64,000 nucleotides of DNA from Candidatus Bathyarchaeota archaeon (GTDB taxonomy: Archaea; Thermoproteota; Bathyarchaeia; Bathyarchaeales; Bathycorpusculaceae). Where the stretch lies: the NCBI GenBank assembly GCA_963717465.1, contig OY970340.1, forward strand, positions 2,880,001 to 2,944,000. Direction: 5' to 3'. A program made the translations under genes and the position numbers. This document shows positions 32,556 through 42,832 of the stretch, piece by piece; position 1 is the stretch's first letter, and each line of letters begins with the position of its first letter. The notes below the pieces were generated by a model. That model did not search any database and was not told the DNA's origin. It saw only the letters and a program-made list of their open reading frames with translations.

Positions 32556-32764
32556 AACTTTCGCCTCAAACCAACAATGCTTTATGCATTGGTTCAGTCT
32601 GCATGATGCGAACTGGATAAATCATGTTTCTCAACAATAAAAACCGTAACCTGAGGCTAATAAATACATATACTATTGCAAATAAATACATATATTTCTT
32701 GATGTTTACCAAATTGCACTATCTATCTTCTTTATTGCTCATATAGAAATAAATTTTCGACAAA

Positions 32765-33250
32765 TTAATTATGAATTAGTACGTTTTCCCCGGGGACGAA
32801 CCAGATATTACTGTAAAGGCTGAAAACTTGCCACTTGAAAAGTTTCCACAATCCCCGAAAGCCGACCAACGCGAAGCCTTCCTTTTTGAATGTGGCAAGC
32901 GATGGAATGTTGTTGTGTTGTACTGAGGCAAACACCGCCTCGGCATTATTAGCTTTTAGATGTTCAGTGCTAGCATTTACAAGAGGTGCTGCGATTCCTT
33001 TTTGGCGAAAATCAGGGTGAACTGCAAGCCACAAAATACAACCAAATTGTCTGCCTTCGATTTGAAACATCGTTAGCTTAGTAAAAGCAACTGGTGTGCG
33101 GTTTTTTTTGCTTACAAGTATGTATCCGCTTGAATTTAGGCTTGCGATGGCGAAGTAGCGAAATAACCTTTTAAAAGATTTCTGGATAATCTCTTTAACT
33201 TCTGATATATCCTGTTCAGATGCTTCAGCAATGATGTAGTCATTACTCAT
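32765..33250 (-). CDS. GNAT-family N-acetyltransferase
   Basis: LAVHPDFRQKGIA (motif A) and NIPSLATFKKEGF. Confidence 0.88.
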   Translation of the reverse strand: MSNDYIIAEASEQDISEVKEIIQKSFKRLFRYFAIASLNSSGYILVSKKNRTPVAFTKLTMFQIEGRQFGCILWLAVHPDFRQKGIAAPLVNASTEHLKANNAEAVFASVQHNNIPSLATFKKEGFALVGFRGLWKLFKWQVFSLYSNIWFVPGENVLIHN

Positions 33251-33286
33251 TTGAGTCCCATGAAAATAGTAGAATCAAGGTTTATT

Positions 33287-34411
33287 CTATTTTTCTTTTG
33301 ACTGCTCAATTGGCAACTGGGCATTTTCAGGGATTTCTATCTCTTTTTTCTGTCGTGAAAAAATTAAGTTTGAGGATGTTTTAGCTATTTGAGGTAAACC
33401 TGCTAAGTCTTCGAAAATCATTAAGCCGCGTGTAAGCAAAGCAAAAGCCAGTATTGAAGCAGTGATTATAGGCGAAAGATTAGGTCCAAGAACCAGAGTG
33501 AAAATACCGACAATGCCGAATTCTTGAATTCCAGCTCCAGCCGGCGTAAGAGGTACGAACGCTAAGGCAGTGACTAAGGGTTGGATTAAAAAATAACCTA
33601 TCCAAGGTATTTGGGTAAGCCCCAAAGAGTACCCTAAAAAGAACCATTCAAACCCTTTCAGCGTCCAGCAGGTTAGCGTGATTAGTATTATTACTGGAAT
33701 TGCGTTTTTTGTTTTGTGAGCGCTATCCTTGTATTCTTCGAGTTTTCCCATCATGCCGCCTGTGAATCGCTTGAGGTATTTAGAGTTGGAGACTTTGTCG
33801 AAAATAGAAATTGCTCGAGTTGACCACGTGAAGGCGGCCATGATGAGTGCTCCAGTAAGCATTAATATTATTCCCAGGGCGGCAATGAGAAGCCCAATAT
33901 TCATTCCTGCAACTGTTCCGAACTGATCCCAATTACTAGCTGGAACAGTACTAATTAGAAAAATTACGCAACTGATGCCTCCGACAACTTTGACGAGGAA
34001 CTCGATGGTTTGGATACCAAGAATAGTACTAAGGCTCTTTGAGGATGGCACTTTTTGGTCTCTCAAATATACGGGGGTTAAAATGTATCCTGAACGACCA
34101 GGCGTAACGTCACTGGTTAACATGCCTGCATATTGGGCAAGCAGAGTTTTTCCAAAACTTGTTTTCACTCCATCTTTTCCTAGAACATATCTTAAACGCA
34201 CAGTAAACAAGAGGTTTATTCCAAAATACATTAAAAAGGAAAGACAAAGATAACCCACGTTTATGTTAAGTAGCGCTTTGTATAGCGAGCCTACTCCAAC
34301 ATACCAAACCAGACCGCCGAAAATCACCACCATAACAACAACTTCGAAAACAACACGCAAAATTCGTTTTGAATCCGTCTTCTTTCTATTCGGAACATCA
34401 GATTTTACCAT
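33287..34411 (-). CDS. Lysylphosphatidylglycerol-synthase TM / UPF0104 flippase-like membrane protein
   Basis: Multiple TM helices, TPGRSG and PLTPAGAGIQE motifs. Confidence 0.82.
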   Translation of the reverse strand: MVKSDVPNRKKTDSKRILRVVFEVVVMVVIFGGLVWYVGVGSLYKALLNINVGYLCLSFLMYFGINLLFTVRLRYVLGKDGVKTSFGKTLLAQYAGMLTSDVTPGRSGYILTPVYLRDQKVPSSKSLSTILGIQTIEFLVKVVGGISCVIFLISTVPASNWDQFGTVAGMNIGLLIAALGIILMLTGALIMAAFTWSTRAISIFDKVSNSKYLKRFTGGMMGKLEEYKDSAHKTKNAIPVIILITLTCWTLKGFEWFFLGYSLGLTQIPWIGYFLIQPLVTALAFVPLTPAGAGIQEFGIVGIFTLVLGPNLSPIITASILAFALLTRGLMIFEDLAGLPQIAKTSSNLIFSRQKKEIEIPENAQLPIEQSKEK

Positions 34412-34540
34412 AAAAACACTTCACATTCTGATGGCTAAGCTAACGTGACTTCAAAACAGGTTCTTGGCTAACCTAAAATTTAGATAGCGCCAAAAAAGTG
34501 ACAATATTTTAAGGAGTCTTAGCTATTGCCGCATGATTGG

Positions 34541-34732
34541 TTAAGGTCTTACGCATTCAGCTTTCGGTCTATACGGTCGTTTGGTTGTTCTTTTACGTTT
34601 GTGGTATTCGCATTCGTTGATTCTCATCAGCATCCAGCCTTTATCCTGATACGTACATCCGCAGGGCAAAGTAACAGGCTCAGATTTGTCTGAATCTTTT
34701 GCGTTAAGCTTAGCTTTGGCCACGTCAATCAC
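34541..34732 (-). CDS. Small hypothetical protein with CxC..CxxH motif
   Basis: LPCGC..ECEYH followed by a basic tail; AT-rich upstream region. Confidence 0.55.
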   Translation of the reverse strand: MIDVAKAKLNAKDSDKSEPVTLPCGCTYQDKGWMLMRINECEYHKRKRTTKRPYRPKAECVRP

Positions 34733-34901
34733 TTATTAACTATTAATGTAAACGTAAATAAAGTTATTAACTTTAGGCTTTAATTAAACGCAAACGTTCG
34801 ATTTTGAACCAATTTTAATTGAGATAAACAAAGTTTACCTTTTATCCAAGCTATAAATAGTAGATTTCATAATTTTTCGGAGCAGGCTGGGAGAAAACAA
34901 G

Positions 34902-35216
34902 ATGCATCTGGAAGAGATGAAAAAAGAAATAGAATCACTCGTTCTGGCAAAAGGCTTCTACAATAAGCCCGAAGATATTCCTAAAAAACTTCTTTTCGCT
35001 TTTATCGAGTTAGGTGAAGCAAGTGATGCATGGAAAAAAGGCTTGCCAGAAGAGAAGATTGCTGAGGAATTAATTGACGTGATTTTCTACATTTTAGATT
35101 CAAGTCGCTTAGCATGCCCTTCCATTGACATGGATGAAATGTTCAAGACAAAATTGGCAAAAAACCTCAATCGACCATACAGATACGGTGAAGGACACCG
35201 CACCAATCAACCTTAA
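34902..35216 (+). CDS. MazG-like nucleotide pyrophosphohydrolase
   Basis: IELGEASDA..AEELIDVIFY (ExxE..ExxD pattern) and K..KN..R. Confidence 0.85.
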   Translation: MHLEEMKKEIESLVLAKGFYNKPEDIPKKLLFAFIELGEASDAWKKGLPEEKIAEELIDVIFYILDSSRLACPSIDMDEMFKTKLAKNLNRPYRYGEGHRTNQP

Positions 35217-35269
35217 ATTCACAATGATAGGTTTTTTAATTTCTGAGAAACATTACGTTGTTGATTTAA

Positions 35270-35692
35270 GTGAGTTTTGAGTACACGAAAGTTCGGTTCC
35301 AATGCACAAGATGCGGAATTTGCTGCGGTGATACAAAAGAAAAAATCCGCCACATTCTAATCTTGACATCAGAAGCGAAGCAAATTGCAAAAGAAACTTT
35401 GAAACAAGTTCAAGACTTTTCAATTGAAATTTACGATAGGGAACCTTACAGTTATGAAATGAAGAAGGTAGATGGAAAATGTATCTTCTTAAACGGTGAA
35501 AACTGCAGCATTTATCCGATAAGGCCGTTGATATGCCAGTTCTACCCGTTTGAACTTAAATTTGTTGAAGGAAAGAATCAATACGTGTTTGAGAGCACGC
35601 TTGAATGCCCCGGAATAAATTCTGGTAAATTAATGGTTGAAGCAGATTTTAAAGGATTGTTTCGGCTGGCTAGCAATCGACTGAAACATTAG
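35270..35692 (+). CDS. YkgJ-family cysteine cluster (CxxCxxCC) protein
   Basis: FQCTRCGICC, CIFL, CSIYPIRPLICQFYPF and CPG. Confidence 0.88.
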   Translation: MSFEYTKVRFQCTRCGICCGDTKEKIRHILILTSEAKQIAKETLKQVQDFSIEIYDREPYSYEMKKVDGKCIFLNGENCSIYPIRPLICQFYPFELKFVEGKNQYVFESTLECPGINSGKLMVEADFKGLFRLASNRLKH

Positions 35693-35769
35693 CGGAAAAA
35701 GCAATTATTTTGTTTAATTTGTTTTCCACGAAATCAATTAGGATACTTGCGATTCGTTGAGATGGGAGA

Positions 35770-36237
35770 TTATAGCTGTGATAGAACGTCGTTTTGTTCT
35801 AATGCAAAACCGCAGTAATGGCATTTAAGTAAAAGTGGCTCGTCGCGTTCGATGTAGAATTTTGCAATAACTGGTTCATCAGCGCTGTTGCTTATGCACA
35901 AGGGGTTTACGCATTTAACGATGCCTTCAATAATTTTAGGTAATTTCACTTCTAGTTTTTCTACAATTGCGTAATTGCGAATGATGTTAATTGATGCGTG
36001 AGGAGCAACCAATGCAATCCGGTTTACCTCGACAGAATTTAAAGCTCGACCTTCGATTTTAACAATATCTTTAACTCCTAGCCGTTTACTTGGGACATTA
36101 ATTGCGATTGTTATGATGCGTTTCTCTTTGCCAGTAATCCCAAGAATTTTGACTACGTCTAATGCGTACCCGCCATTAATATGGTCGATAACCGTGCCAT
36201 CCTTTATCTTTGAAACCCTTAGCTCTTTATCGCTCAT
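35770..36237 (-). CDS. pyrI: Aspartate carbamoyltransferase regulatory subunit
   Basis: LRVSKIKDGTVIDHI, KDIVKIE, CVNPLCISN and CHYC. Confidence 0.96.
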   Translation of the reverse strand: MSDKELRVSKIKDGTVIDHINGGYALDVVKILGITGKEKRIITIAINVPSKRLGVKDIVKIEGRALNSVEVNRIALVAPHASINIIRNYAIVEKLEVKLPKIIEGIVKCVNPLCISNSADEPVIAKFYIERDEPLLLKCHYCGFALEQNDVLSQL

Positions 36238-36313
36238 AACGGCAACTCCATTAGAAGAACAAATACTGTATCAGGCAAATAAAATTTTTTGAAAACAAGG
36301 CATTTTTCGAGAA

Positions 36314-37027
36314 CTAATTTGTTTTTGGTCGTAGATCGATAACTGTTGTGCCAGCGAACTTGTCAAAGTATCTTAGGAATGTAGGATTCTTTAATCGCCA
36401 GCCAAATAGTAAGTCAAACGGGAGTACTGGAAGGATTTTGCCAAAGTTCCTTATCGCTGCATGATCGTAAGACATTCTTTTGTTATCTGTTCTTACCACT
36501 TTTAGACCAAGGATTCGTTTACCCAAGCTTTGACTGTTAAAACCTTCAAGTAAAGTTGAGTATAACCAAAGAAGCCCGATGGTTCCGTAAATAGTTGCAG
36601 TTACTGCACCAACATTAACTGTCATTGAAACCACTTGTGGAGCAAAAACTAGCGTCATTGTGATTGCGAGAATAATTCCGAAGTCAATGAGAAACGCATA
36701 TGATCTCCTAGTGAAAGAAGCAAGCGGAAGTTGGGATTCTTTTCGGTCCACATCAACGCCTTCAGCCCAACCTTCGACGTCACGAATGACTCTTACAGCG
36801 TTTTCACCGGCCCTGCTAAGCTTATACTTTCCAGTTGCAGTTTGCTCAATGAATGGGGATAAAGTGCGAAGATGGAAGCTTAGTTTTCCTGTGTCTATAT
36901 TTAGAAGGTTCAATAAGTCTGTAAATGACGCGTCATTTTTTTCACTAAGATGCAGGAGAATTTCTCTGCGCAGAGGATGTGAAAGCGCCGATAATATCTT
37001 TGAAATATTTTCTTGTTCTACAGCCAT
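36314..37027 (-). CDS. ArsR-like HTH fused to an RDD membrane domain
   Basis: ALSHPLRREIL..GKLSFHL; then ASFTRRSYAFLID, QSLGKRILGLKVV and DKFAGTTV. Confidence 0.85.
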   Translation of the reverse strand: MAVEQENISKILSALSHPLRREILLHLSEKNDASFTDLLNLLNIDTGKLSFHLRTLSPFIEQTATGKYKLSRAGENAVRVIRDVEGWAEGVDVDRKESQLPLASFTRRSYAFLIDFGIILAITMTLVFAPQVVSMTVNVGAVTATIYGTIGLLWLYSTLLEGFNSQSLGKRILGLKVVRTDNKRMSYDHAAIRNFGKILPVLPFDLLFGWRLKNPTFLRYFDKFAGTTVIDLRPKTN

Positions 37028-37186
37028 TTTTCGAAACCATTTTTTCTTCCAATAATGCCTTTTGCGTCAGGTTCGTAAGTCTACAACTTAGAAAAACAAA
37101 CCTGAATATAAGTTGAACCCCAAAATATGTCCATATTCATGAAAAACCAAGTCTTAAAAGGTCAAAAACCGTTAATCATATAATAC

Positions 37187-38086
37187 ATGTCAAGTGCTGA
37201 AGTTGCCGTTCAAGTATTTCGTAAATTGGAAGTTGAAGATTTCCGAGTTTTACAAATAATAGAGTCAGCAATGAGCAAGCGTGAGTTTGTTCCGAAAGAG
37301 CAAATAGCAAAATTTGCCAAGCTGCCGATGGATAGAATAGAATTTACTCTAAGCAAATTGAACAAGTTAGGGTTAATTTATCGGATGAAGGCGGCTTACA
37401 CTGGGCATACGTTGAATTTTGCCGGGTTCGACTGTTTGGCTATAAATGCTCTTGTTAAGGCGGGAGTTATTGAGTCTTTTGGGCAATCGTTAGGTGTTGG
37501 AAAAGAAGCTGATGTGTACGACGCTTTAGCTCCAGATGGCAAAAGACTAGCTGTTAAGTTCCATAGGCTAGGCCGAATAAGCTTTAGGCAGACTAGAAGG
37601 AAAAGAGGGTACACTCGGGAACATGCAAGTTGGCTTTTCCAATCACATTTAGCTGCTGAAAGAGAATTTTACGCAATGAAACTTGTTTATGAACAAGGAG
37701 TTGCAGTTCCAGAACCGCTTATCCAAAATCGCCACGTATTAGCGATGGGAGTAATCGAAGGTGCACAATTAATTAAGTGGCGAGAAATTGCGAATCCTGA
37801 GAAGGTTTTCAAGGAGATTTTACTAAATGTCCGGCGGGCTTACTTGAAAGCTCACGTTATCCATGCTGATTTAAGTGAGTACAATATTATTTTGAAGCCT
37901 GATATGCATATTTTGATAATTGATTGGCCACAATACGTGGTTACAAGTCATCCTAACGCTAAAGAACTGCTGGAACGTGATGTTCAAAATATTATAACTT
38001 TTTTTAAACGCAAATTTAATTTAACAGTGCAGATTGAAGAAGCCCTCGATTACGTAACTGGAAAAGCTAAAAGTTCTGTTTTCTAA
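37187..38086 (+). CDS. rio2: RIO2 serine/threonine kinase
   Basis: N-terminal wHTH, GVGKEADVY, VKFHRLGRISF, IHADLSEYNI and IIDWPQ. Confidence 0.94.
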   Translation: MSSAEVAVQVFRKLEVEDFRVLQIIESAMSKREFVPKEQIAKFAKLPMDRIEFTLSKLNKLGLIYRMKAAYTGHTLNFAGFDCLAINALVKAGVIESFGQSLGVGKEADVYDALAPDGKRLAVKFHRLGRISFRQTRRKRGYTREHASWLFQSHLAAEREFYAMKLVYEQGVAVPEPLIQNRHVLAMGVIEGAQLIKWREIANPEKVFKEILLNVRRAYLKAHVIHADLSEYNIILKPDMHILIIDWPQYVVTSHPNAKELLERDVQNIITFFKRKFNLTVQIEEALDYVTGKAKSSVF

Positions 38087-38325
38087 TGCTTGTTTGCATC
38101 TAAAACTATGTAAAGAATGTTGTTACCTCTTAGCAAAACATTTCCATAGTTAGTGAGTAACTGGTCTTCTTTGCATTCAGTTGCGCCTTCGAGAAGAATA
38201 TTCATATGCCCATCACATTTAATCATTTTACCTTTGTATTCACAGCCATTTTTAAGCACGACTTGAACGTTACCATGCAATTGTTTAATTAGAACGTTCA
38301 ACGGTTTTTTACTTGGTTCCATCAT
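38083..38325 (-). CDS. Sm-like archaeal protein (Lsm/SmAP)
   Basis: V.LKNG..Y.G....D.HMNILL and VLLRGNNI. Confidence 0.93.
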   Translation of the reverse strand: MMEPSKKPLNVLIKQLHGNVQVVLKNGCEYKGKMIKCDGHMNILLEGATECKEDQLLTNYGNVLLRGNNILYIVLDANKH

Positions 38326-38437
38326 TACTTCTTGTCCCCGTATAATACTTGCATTATCCAGAACCTCTTACCAAATATAAAAGTCTTATGAACATCCTAT
38401 GAGCAATGAAACTAAAAAAACGATGGAAACAGGCTAT

Positions 38438-38948
38438 TCAGCTTTTGTTTTTTGCCTTTATCTTCGGGATAACTTCTTTTTGTGCTAAAGCAATCCCGAA
38501 TGTGGTAATTCTAAAGTTTTCATTATCTGTTTTAGTTACTACATCGTTTTTTGCTAGTTCGCCTAAGCGAGTGCTGGTTATTTTGCTGTTTTTCCCAAGC
38601 TTTGCTTGCAGTTCATCTTTGGATAAGGTATCGCTTTTAACTAAGCCGAGTTTGTTTCCCAGATAGTAGGCTAATAGCCACATGGATAAGGCTTCATTAT
38701 CAGTCAGCTTATTTTTTGGGCACTAGTAAATTTGCGCCTTCCGGTGAAAAAGCAATTATTCCATCAAGGTCTTTGGCAAGCTGTTGAATGTCCACTTTAA
38801 GCCAAAGTTTGCTGGCAATTTCGAATTGTGGCAAAAATTGTTTGAAGAACTGGTCTAACAAGAACCAAGCTTCTTCCAATGGTGCAGTGAATTCTTTTTC
38901 TACGTCTTTGTATTTTATGTGGACTGTTAATTTTTCGGATTTACTCAA
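38438..38948 (-). CDS. Conserved hypothetical protein with C-terminal wHTH-like region (frameshift near 38712)
   Basis: 38709-38948 continues after the A-run into KLTDNEALSMWLLAYY..TRLGELAK..FRITTFG. Confidence 0.7.
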
Positions 38949-39415
38949 CTCATTTTTCCTCTAAGCCTTGCAAGCACCTCATCTTCAACCCATTTTTCCC
39001 CTTGAATAGTCAATTTGAATTCAGGCCTATTTGGGTCAGGTTTGAAAACGTTGCCACGCTTAGTCATTTCATTCAATCTCGCAGGAACCATGCTTTTTAT
39101 GCCACTGGACTCCAAAAGCCTCTGAACTTGAGCAGCAGTGTTTTTCCGCTCATCAGAGGAGTAAAGAATCAGGCCGACCGCTTCATAATGCGTCAGGCTC
39201 TCTCTAGTAACTATTACTGGCCCTTCCGTTGTCGGCTCCACTATGCCTTTCAACTGTGCACCTGAAGGGCTTAACCTGTTAGAAACAAAATCAGATAGTT
39301 TCTCAACAAAATTCTCAGGAATACCCTCAAGCATACTCATTATTTCCTGCGGCGTTTCACCTTCAATTACAATTTCGCCAAAAGATGTTTTTATCCGAGC
39401 CTCAATGTGCTTCAT
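38945..39415 (-). CDS. Conserved hypothetical protein with C-terminal wHTH-like region
   Basis: LTHYEAVGLILY..ARLNEMTKRG..FKLTIQG; its stop overlaps the next start (GTGA overlap). Confidence 0.75.
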   Translation of the reverse strand: MKHIEARIKTSFGEIVIEGETPQEIMSMLEGIPENFVEKLSDFVSNRLSPSGAQLKGIVEPTTEGPVIVTRESLTHYEAVGLILYSSDERKNTAAQVQRLLESSGIKSMVPARLNEMTKRGNVFKPDPNRPEFKLTIQGEKWVEDEVLARLRGKMS

Positions 39416-39564
39416 GGTTCTTCTCCTCGAAAATTATGGTTCCCATTTTCAATGAGGCCATTTTGCTTTTTTATCTTCTCAGTTGACATGTTAACTCATG
39501 CTATACACTATGCCAAGCCTTTTTAGGATTTGCGGCTAAACACGTTTTAAAAAGTAAAAGGAGC

Positions 39565-41460
39565 CTATTTTAGGCGTTCTTGCAAGAGCTTGCTAACCAA
39601 GTCAGGGTTAGCTTTTCCCCGAACTTCTCTCATGACTACGCCCATAATCGTTCCAAAAGCATTCTTTCCAAGTTTGTCAATAGACTGCTTGTTGGCCTCC
39701 AGCACTCGTGTAATTATCGGTTCTAACTCTGATTCACTAAACATTTTCAAACCCAACGCGTTAACTGCATCTTCCACTTTTTTACTCTCATGTTTTGAAA
39801 GCCAACTAAAAACGTCAGCTATTGCTTCTTTTGCAAGTTCGCCCGAGCCAACCGCCTTGAAAATGTTTTTCATTTGGTTTTCGTCAACACTTTCAACTTG
39901 GACGCCTTCCCGCTTAAGCGCTTTCAATGTTTCAGTTAAGAAAACTGCGACAGTCGAAGGTGCGACACCACTTTCCTTAACGATTGTTTCAAACAGTAAG
40001 TTGTATTCGGAGTCAGCAAGCTGCTTAGCTAGCTTTTCATTAAGATTATACTGTTTCATTAAGCGCGAGAGCTTTTTTTCTGCAGGTTCAGGCAGATTTG
40101 ACCTAACTTTTTCAACAAATTCCGTAGTTACTAGGGTGGGAGGAATATCTGTTTCAGGATACATTCTTGCAGCGCCAGGTCTAGGACGCATATACCTTGT
40201 TGTACCATCTTCCTTTGCAGTGCGGGTTTCAGCGGGCACACCCGTAGTTAGTTCTTTTGCACGCTCTACCACCGCTTTTAATGCATCCAGCACGTTCTCT
40301 GCAGTATCAGCAACGAACACGACCGCATCATTTTCCTGGGCGGCAACTGCCTTCTTTAGTTCTGTTACTTCTTGGGCAGTTATGCCATAGTTGGGCATTT
40401 CATCTGTATGGAAGATTCCGCCGACTCTGCCCCAGAATTTTGCTCTATCTGAAAGTTCAGTTCCAACACGAAAGTCAGGCATCAATTCACGTTTTAAAAG
40501 TCCGTCAAATTTGGGAAGCTTAACAGCCATAACTTTCTGGTTTTTATCTAACGCTTTTCGGATGACTTTGCTCTTTGTCTGCTTAAAAACTTCCGAAACA
40601 TCAACAAATTCAGGTTTGAGATCAGATGCTTTCACGCCTTTGCGTTGGAGTTCTTCCTTTACGTTTATGAGTCCCAGTTGACGATTTATCTCGTATTCAA
40701 CAACTTTAGATATGAGTTCAAGTTCTTGAACACCTTTGATTTCGATTAAGGCACCGTTTGGTAGGGAAACGTTCAGGTCTTGACGAATTGTGCCAAGGCC
40801 ACGCATAACTTTGCCTGTGTCGCGGAGAATTCTTCCGATTGCAAGGGCAACTTCCTGGGCTTCTAATGGTGAATAAATCACTGGTGCAGTCGCTACTTCA
40901 ATTAATGGTATGCCTAATCGGTCAATGCGGTACCGGATGGTTTTTCCTTCATCTTCAGTTCCAATCTTTCTTGCTGCATCTTCTTCGAGGCTGGCAGCTT
41001 GAATTGGAATATTCTTTTCGCCCACTTTTATCCAGCCGTCTAAAGCGATGATGCATGTTCGCTGGAAACCCGTTGTGTTAGAACCGTCAATGACTGTTTT
41101 GCGCATGACGTGAATTTCATCCACTGGGTGAGCATTCATCATCAACGAAGCGGTAAGGACAACTTGAACCGCATCTAAGTTTAACGGGTGCGGGGGTTCT
41201 TCATCCATCTCGACAAGACATGAACTTGTCTTATTGGCTTCGTAGAGGATTTTTACGCCTTTTTGAAATTCAAAATAAGCCGCCGGATCAACTTGTCCTA
41301 GTTCACTTTGGGTTGGTCTTAATCGGCGTAGAAAAGTGATTTCAGGCTCTTCTTTAAAAAGCTCAGGCAGGCAATTGCAGAATAATTTGGATGAAACGTT
41401 TAGTTGCTGGTGAATTTCTAAGCCGACTTTTAAACCAATTTTCGCGTAGTCAACAGTCAA
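39565..41460 (-). CDS. gatE: Glu-tRNA(Gln) amidotransferase subunit E
   Basis: GLKVGLEIHQQL, IDGSNTTGFQRT, RGLGTIRQDLNVS and RPRPGAARMYPETD. TTG 41460 follows a GGAGGAG SD. Confidence 0.96.
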   Translation of the reverse strand: MTVDYAKIGLKVGLEIHQQLNVSSKLFCNCLPELFKEEPEITFLRRLRPTQSELGQVDPAAYFEFQKGVKILYEANKTSSCLVEMDEEPPHPLNLDAVQVVLTASLMMNAHPVDEIHVMRKTVIDGSNTTGFQRTCIIALDGWIKVGEKNIPIQAASLEEDAARKIGTEDEGKTIRYRIDRLGIPLIEVATAPVIYSPLEAQEVALAIGRILRDTGKVMRGLGTIRQDLNVSLPNGALIEIKGVQELELISKVVEYEINRQLGLINVKEELQRKGVKASDLKPEFVDVSEVFKQTKSKVIRKALDKNQKVMAVKLPKFDGLLKRELMPDFRVGTELSDRAKFWGRVGGIFHTDEMPNYGITAQEVTELKKAVAAQENDAVVFVADTAENVLDALKAVVERAKELTTGVPAETRTAKEDGTTRYMRPRPGAARMYPETDIPPTLVTTEFVEKVRSNLPEPAEKKLSRLMKQYNLNEKLAKQLADSEYNLLFETIVKESGVAPSTVAVFLTETLKALKREGVQVESVDENQMKNIFKAVGSGELAKEAIADVFSWLSKHESKKVEDAVNALGLKMFSESELEPIITRVLEANKQSIDKLGKNAFGTIMGVVMREVRGKANPDLVSKLLQERLK

Positions 41461-42815
41461 ATTTTTCTCCTCCTTCAAATTTTAAAGTGGTTTCTTGTGG
41501 AAGTGTAATTGGCGATAATTCGCCTGCAATGTTAGTTTTTAAAAGCTTTTTTACTTCCTTCGAATCAGCGGTTTGACCAAGGGCCCACATTAATTTTACA
41601 AGTCCTGTTTCTGGGAACATGTCATCCATCGGGATTACGCCAAGTGCTAATAAGTCTCGGCCTGTATCGTAAACGTTCATGTTTACTCGTCCCCAAATGC
41701 ACTGTGAAGCCAACGCCACGACAACGTCATGTTCCCCAGCATTTTTAATCGCGCTAAAGCAGAATTTGCTTACATGACCTAATCCTGAGCCTTCAAGCAG
41801 GATGCCTTTGAATCCTTTGTCGACGTACCAGTCGATTATTGAGGGATCAAGTCCAGGGTAAAACTTTATTAACGCAACTTTTTCGCAAAAGTCCGGTTTA
41901 AGAACAAGTTTCTTGTTTGGGTCTCGATGTTGGTATTGACTGGTTAGCATGGTTATTTTTTGATTTTGTACTCTTGCGATTGGAAAACTATTGATTGATT
42001 TGAAGGTGTCCCTTCGGCTTGTGTGGCATTTACGAACTCTTGTTCCCCTATGCATAACGATTGATGTGTCAGAAATTGATTCATGCATTGCTAATGCAAC
42101 TTCTGCGAATGGTGCTTCACCTGCAGCTTTGACTGCTCCAATCAGGTTTGTTGCTGCATCGCTGCTTGGTCTGTCAGATGAGCGCTGAGCACCCACAACG
42201 ATTACTGGAATAGGTAGGTTTTGAAGGGCAAAACTTAGTGCTGCTGCCGTGTACGCCATTGTATCTGTACCGTGAGCGATAACTATGCCATCCGTTTCGC
42301 TATCTATGTGGTTTGCTACAGTTTGGGCGAGTTCTGTCCAGTGTTTCTGAGTTATGTTTTCACTGTATAAGCTGAAAACAATTTTTGTGTCTACGCGTGA
42401 AATATCCGATAATTCTGGAACCACGCCGTAAAGGTCACTTGCTGAAATGGCAGATCGTACAGCTCCAGTTCTGTAATCCACACGACTGGCGATGGTTCCA
42501 CCTGTACTCATTATTACAACATGAGACAAAGCCGGATTTTGCTTAGGCAAAGGCGGTGAAGCGAAGGCTGGTTTAGTCCCTTTTCCGACTTTTTCAATCT
42601 TAACACCTGCTGTTACGTGAATTCCAATGTTGTAGCCACTTTTCATCTTAATTATAACATGATCTGCTTCACCCAATTCAGGAGCGGGGAATAAGAATGC
42701 CTTCGTAGACTCTGTCTTTGCTTGTTATTTTTAAGATGTCTCCAACTTCGCATTCAGCCCGTTTTAAGGCTTCTAAGACCTCACCCTTATACCCCGAATT
42801 TTCAATTTCGCTCAT
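41450..42815 (-). CDS. gatD: Glu-tRNA(Gln) amidotransferase subunit D (frameshift near 42680)
   Basis: N-terminus MSEIENSGYKG..YEGILIPRS, then KMKSGYNIG, STGGTIASRVDY, HGTDTM and QRSSDRPSSD. Confidence 0.95.
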
Positions 42816-42832
42816 TATTTTTAGTTCTCCAG

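Noticed and set aside
39590..40681. Long plus-strand ORFs (266 aa and 96 aa) opposite gatE, and similar shadows opposite katG, the ATPase and the giant pilin
   Set aside because: These are antisense shadows of well-supported genes and have no motifs of their own.
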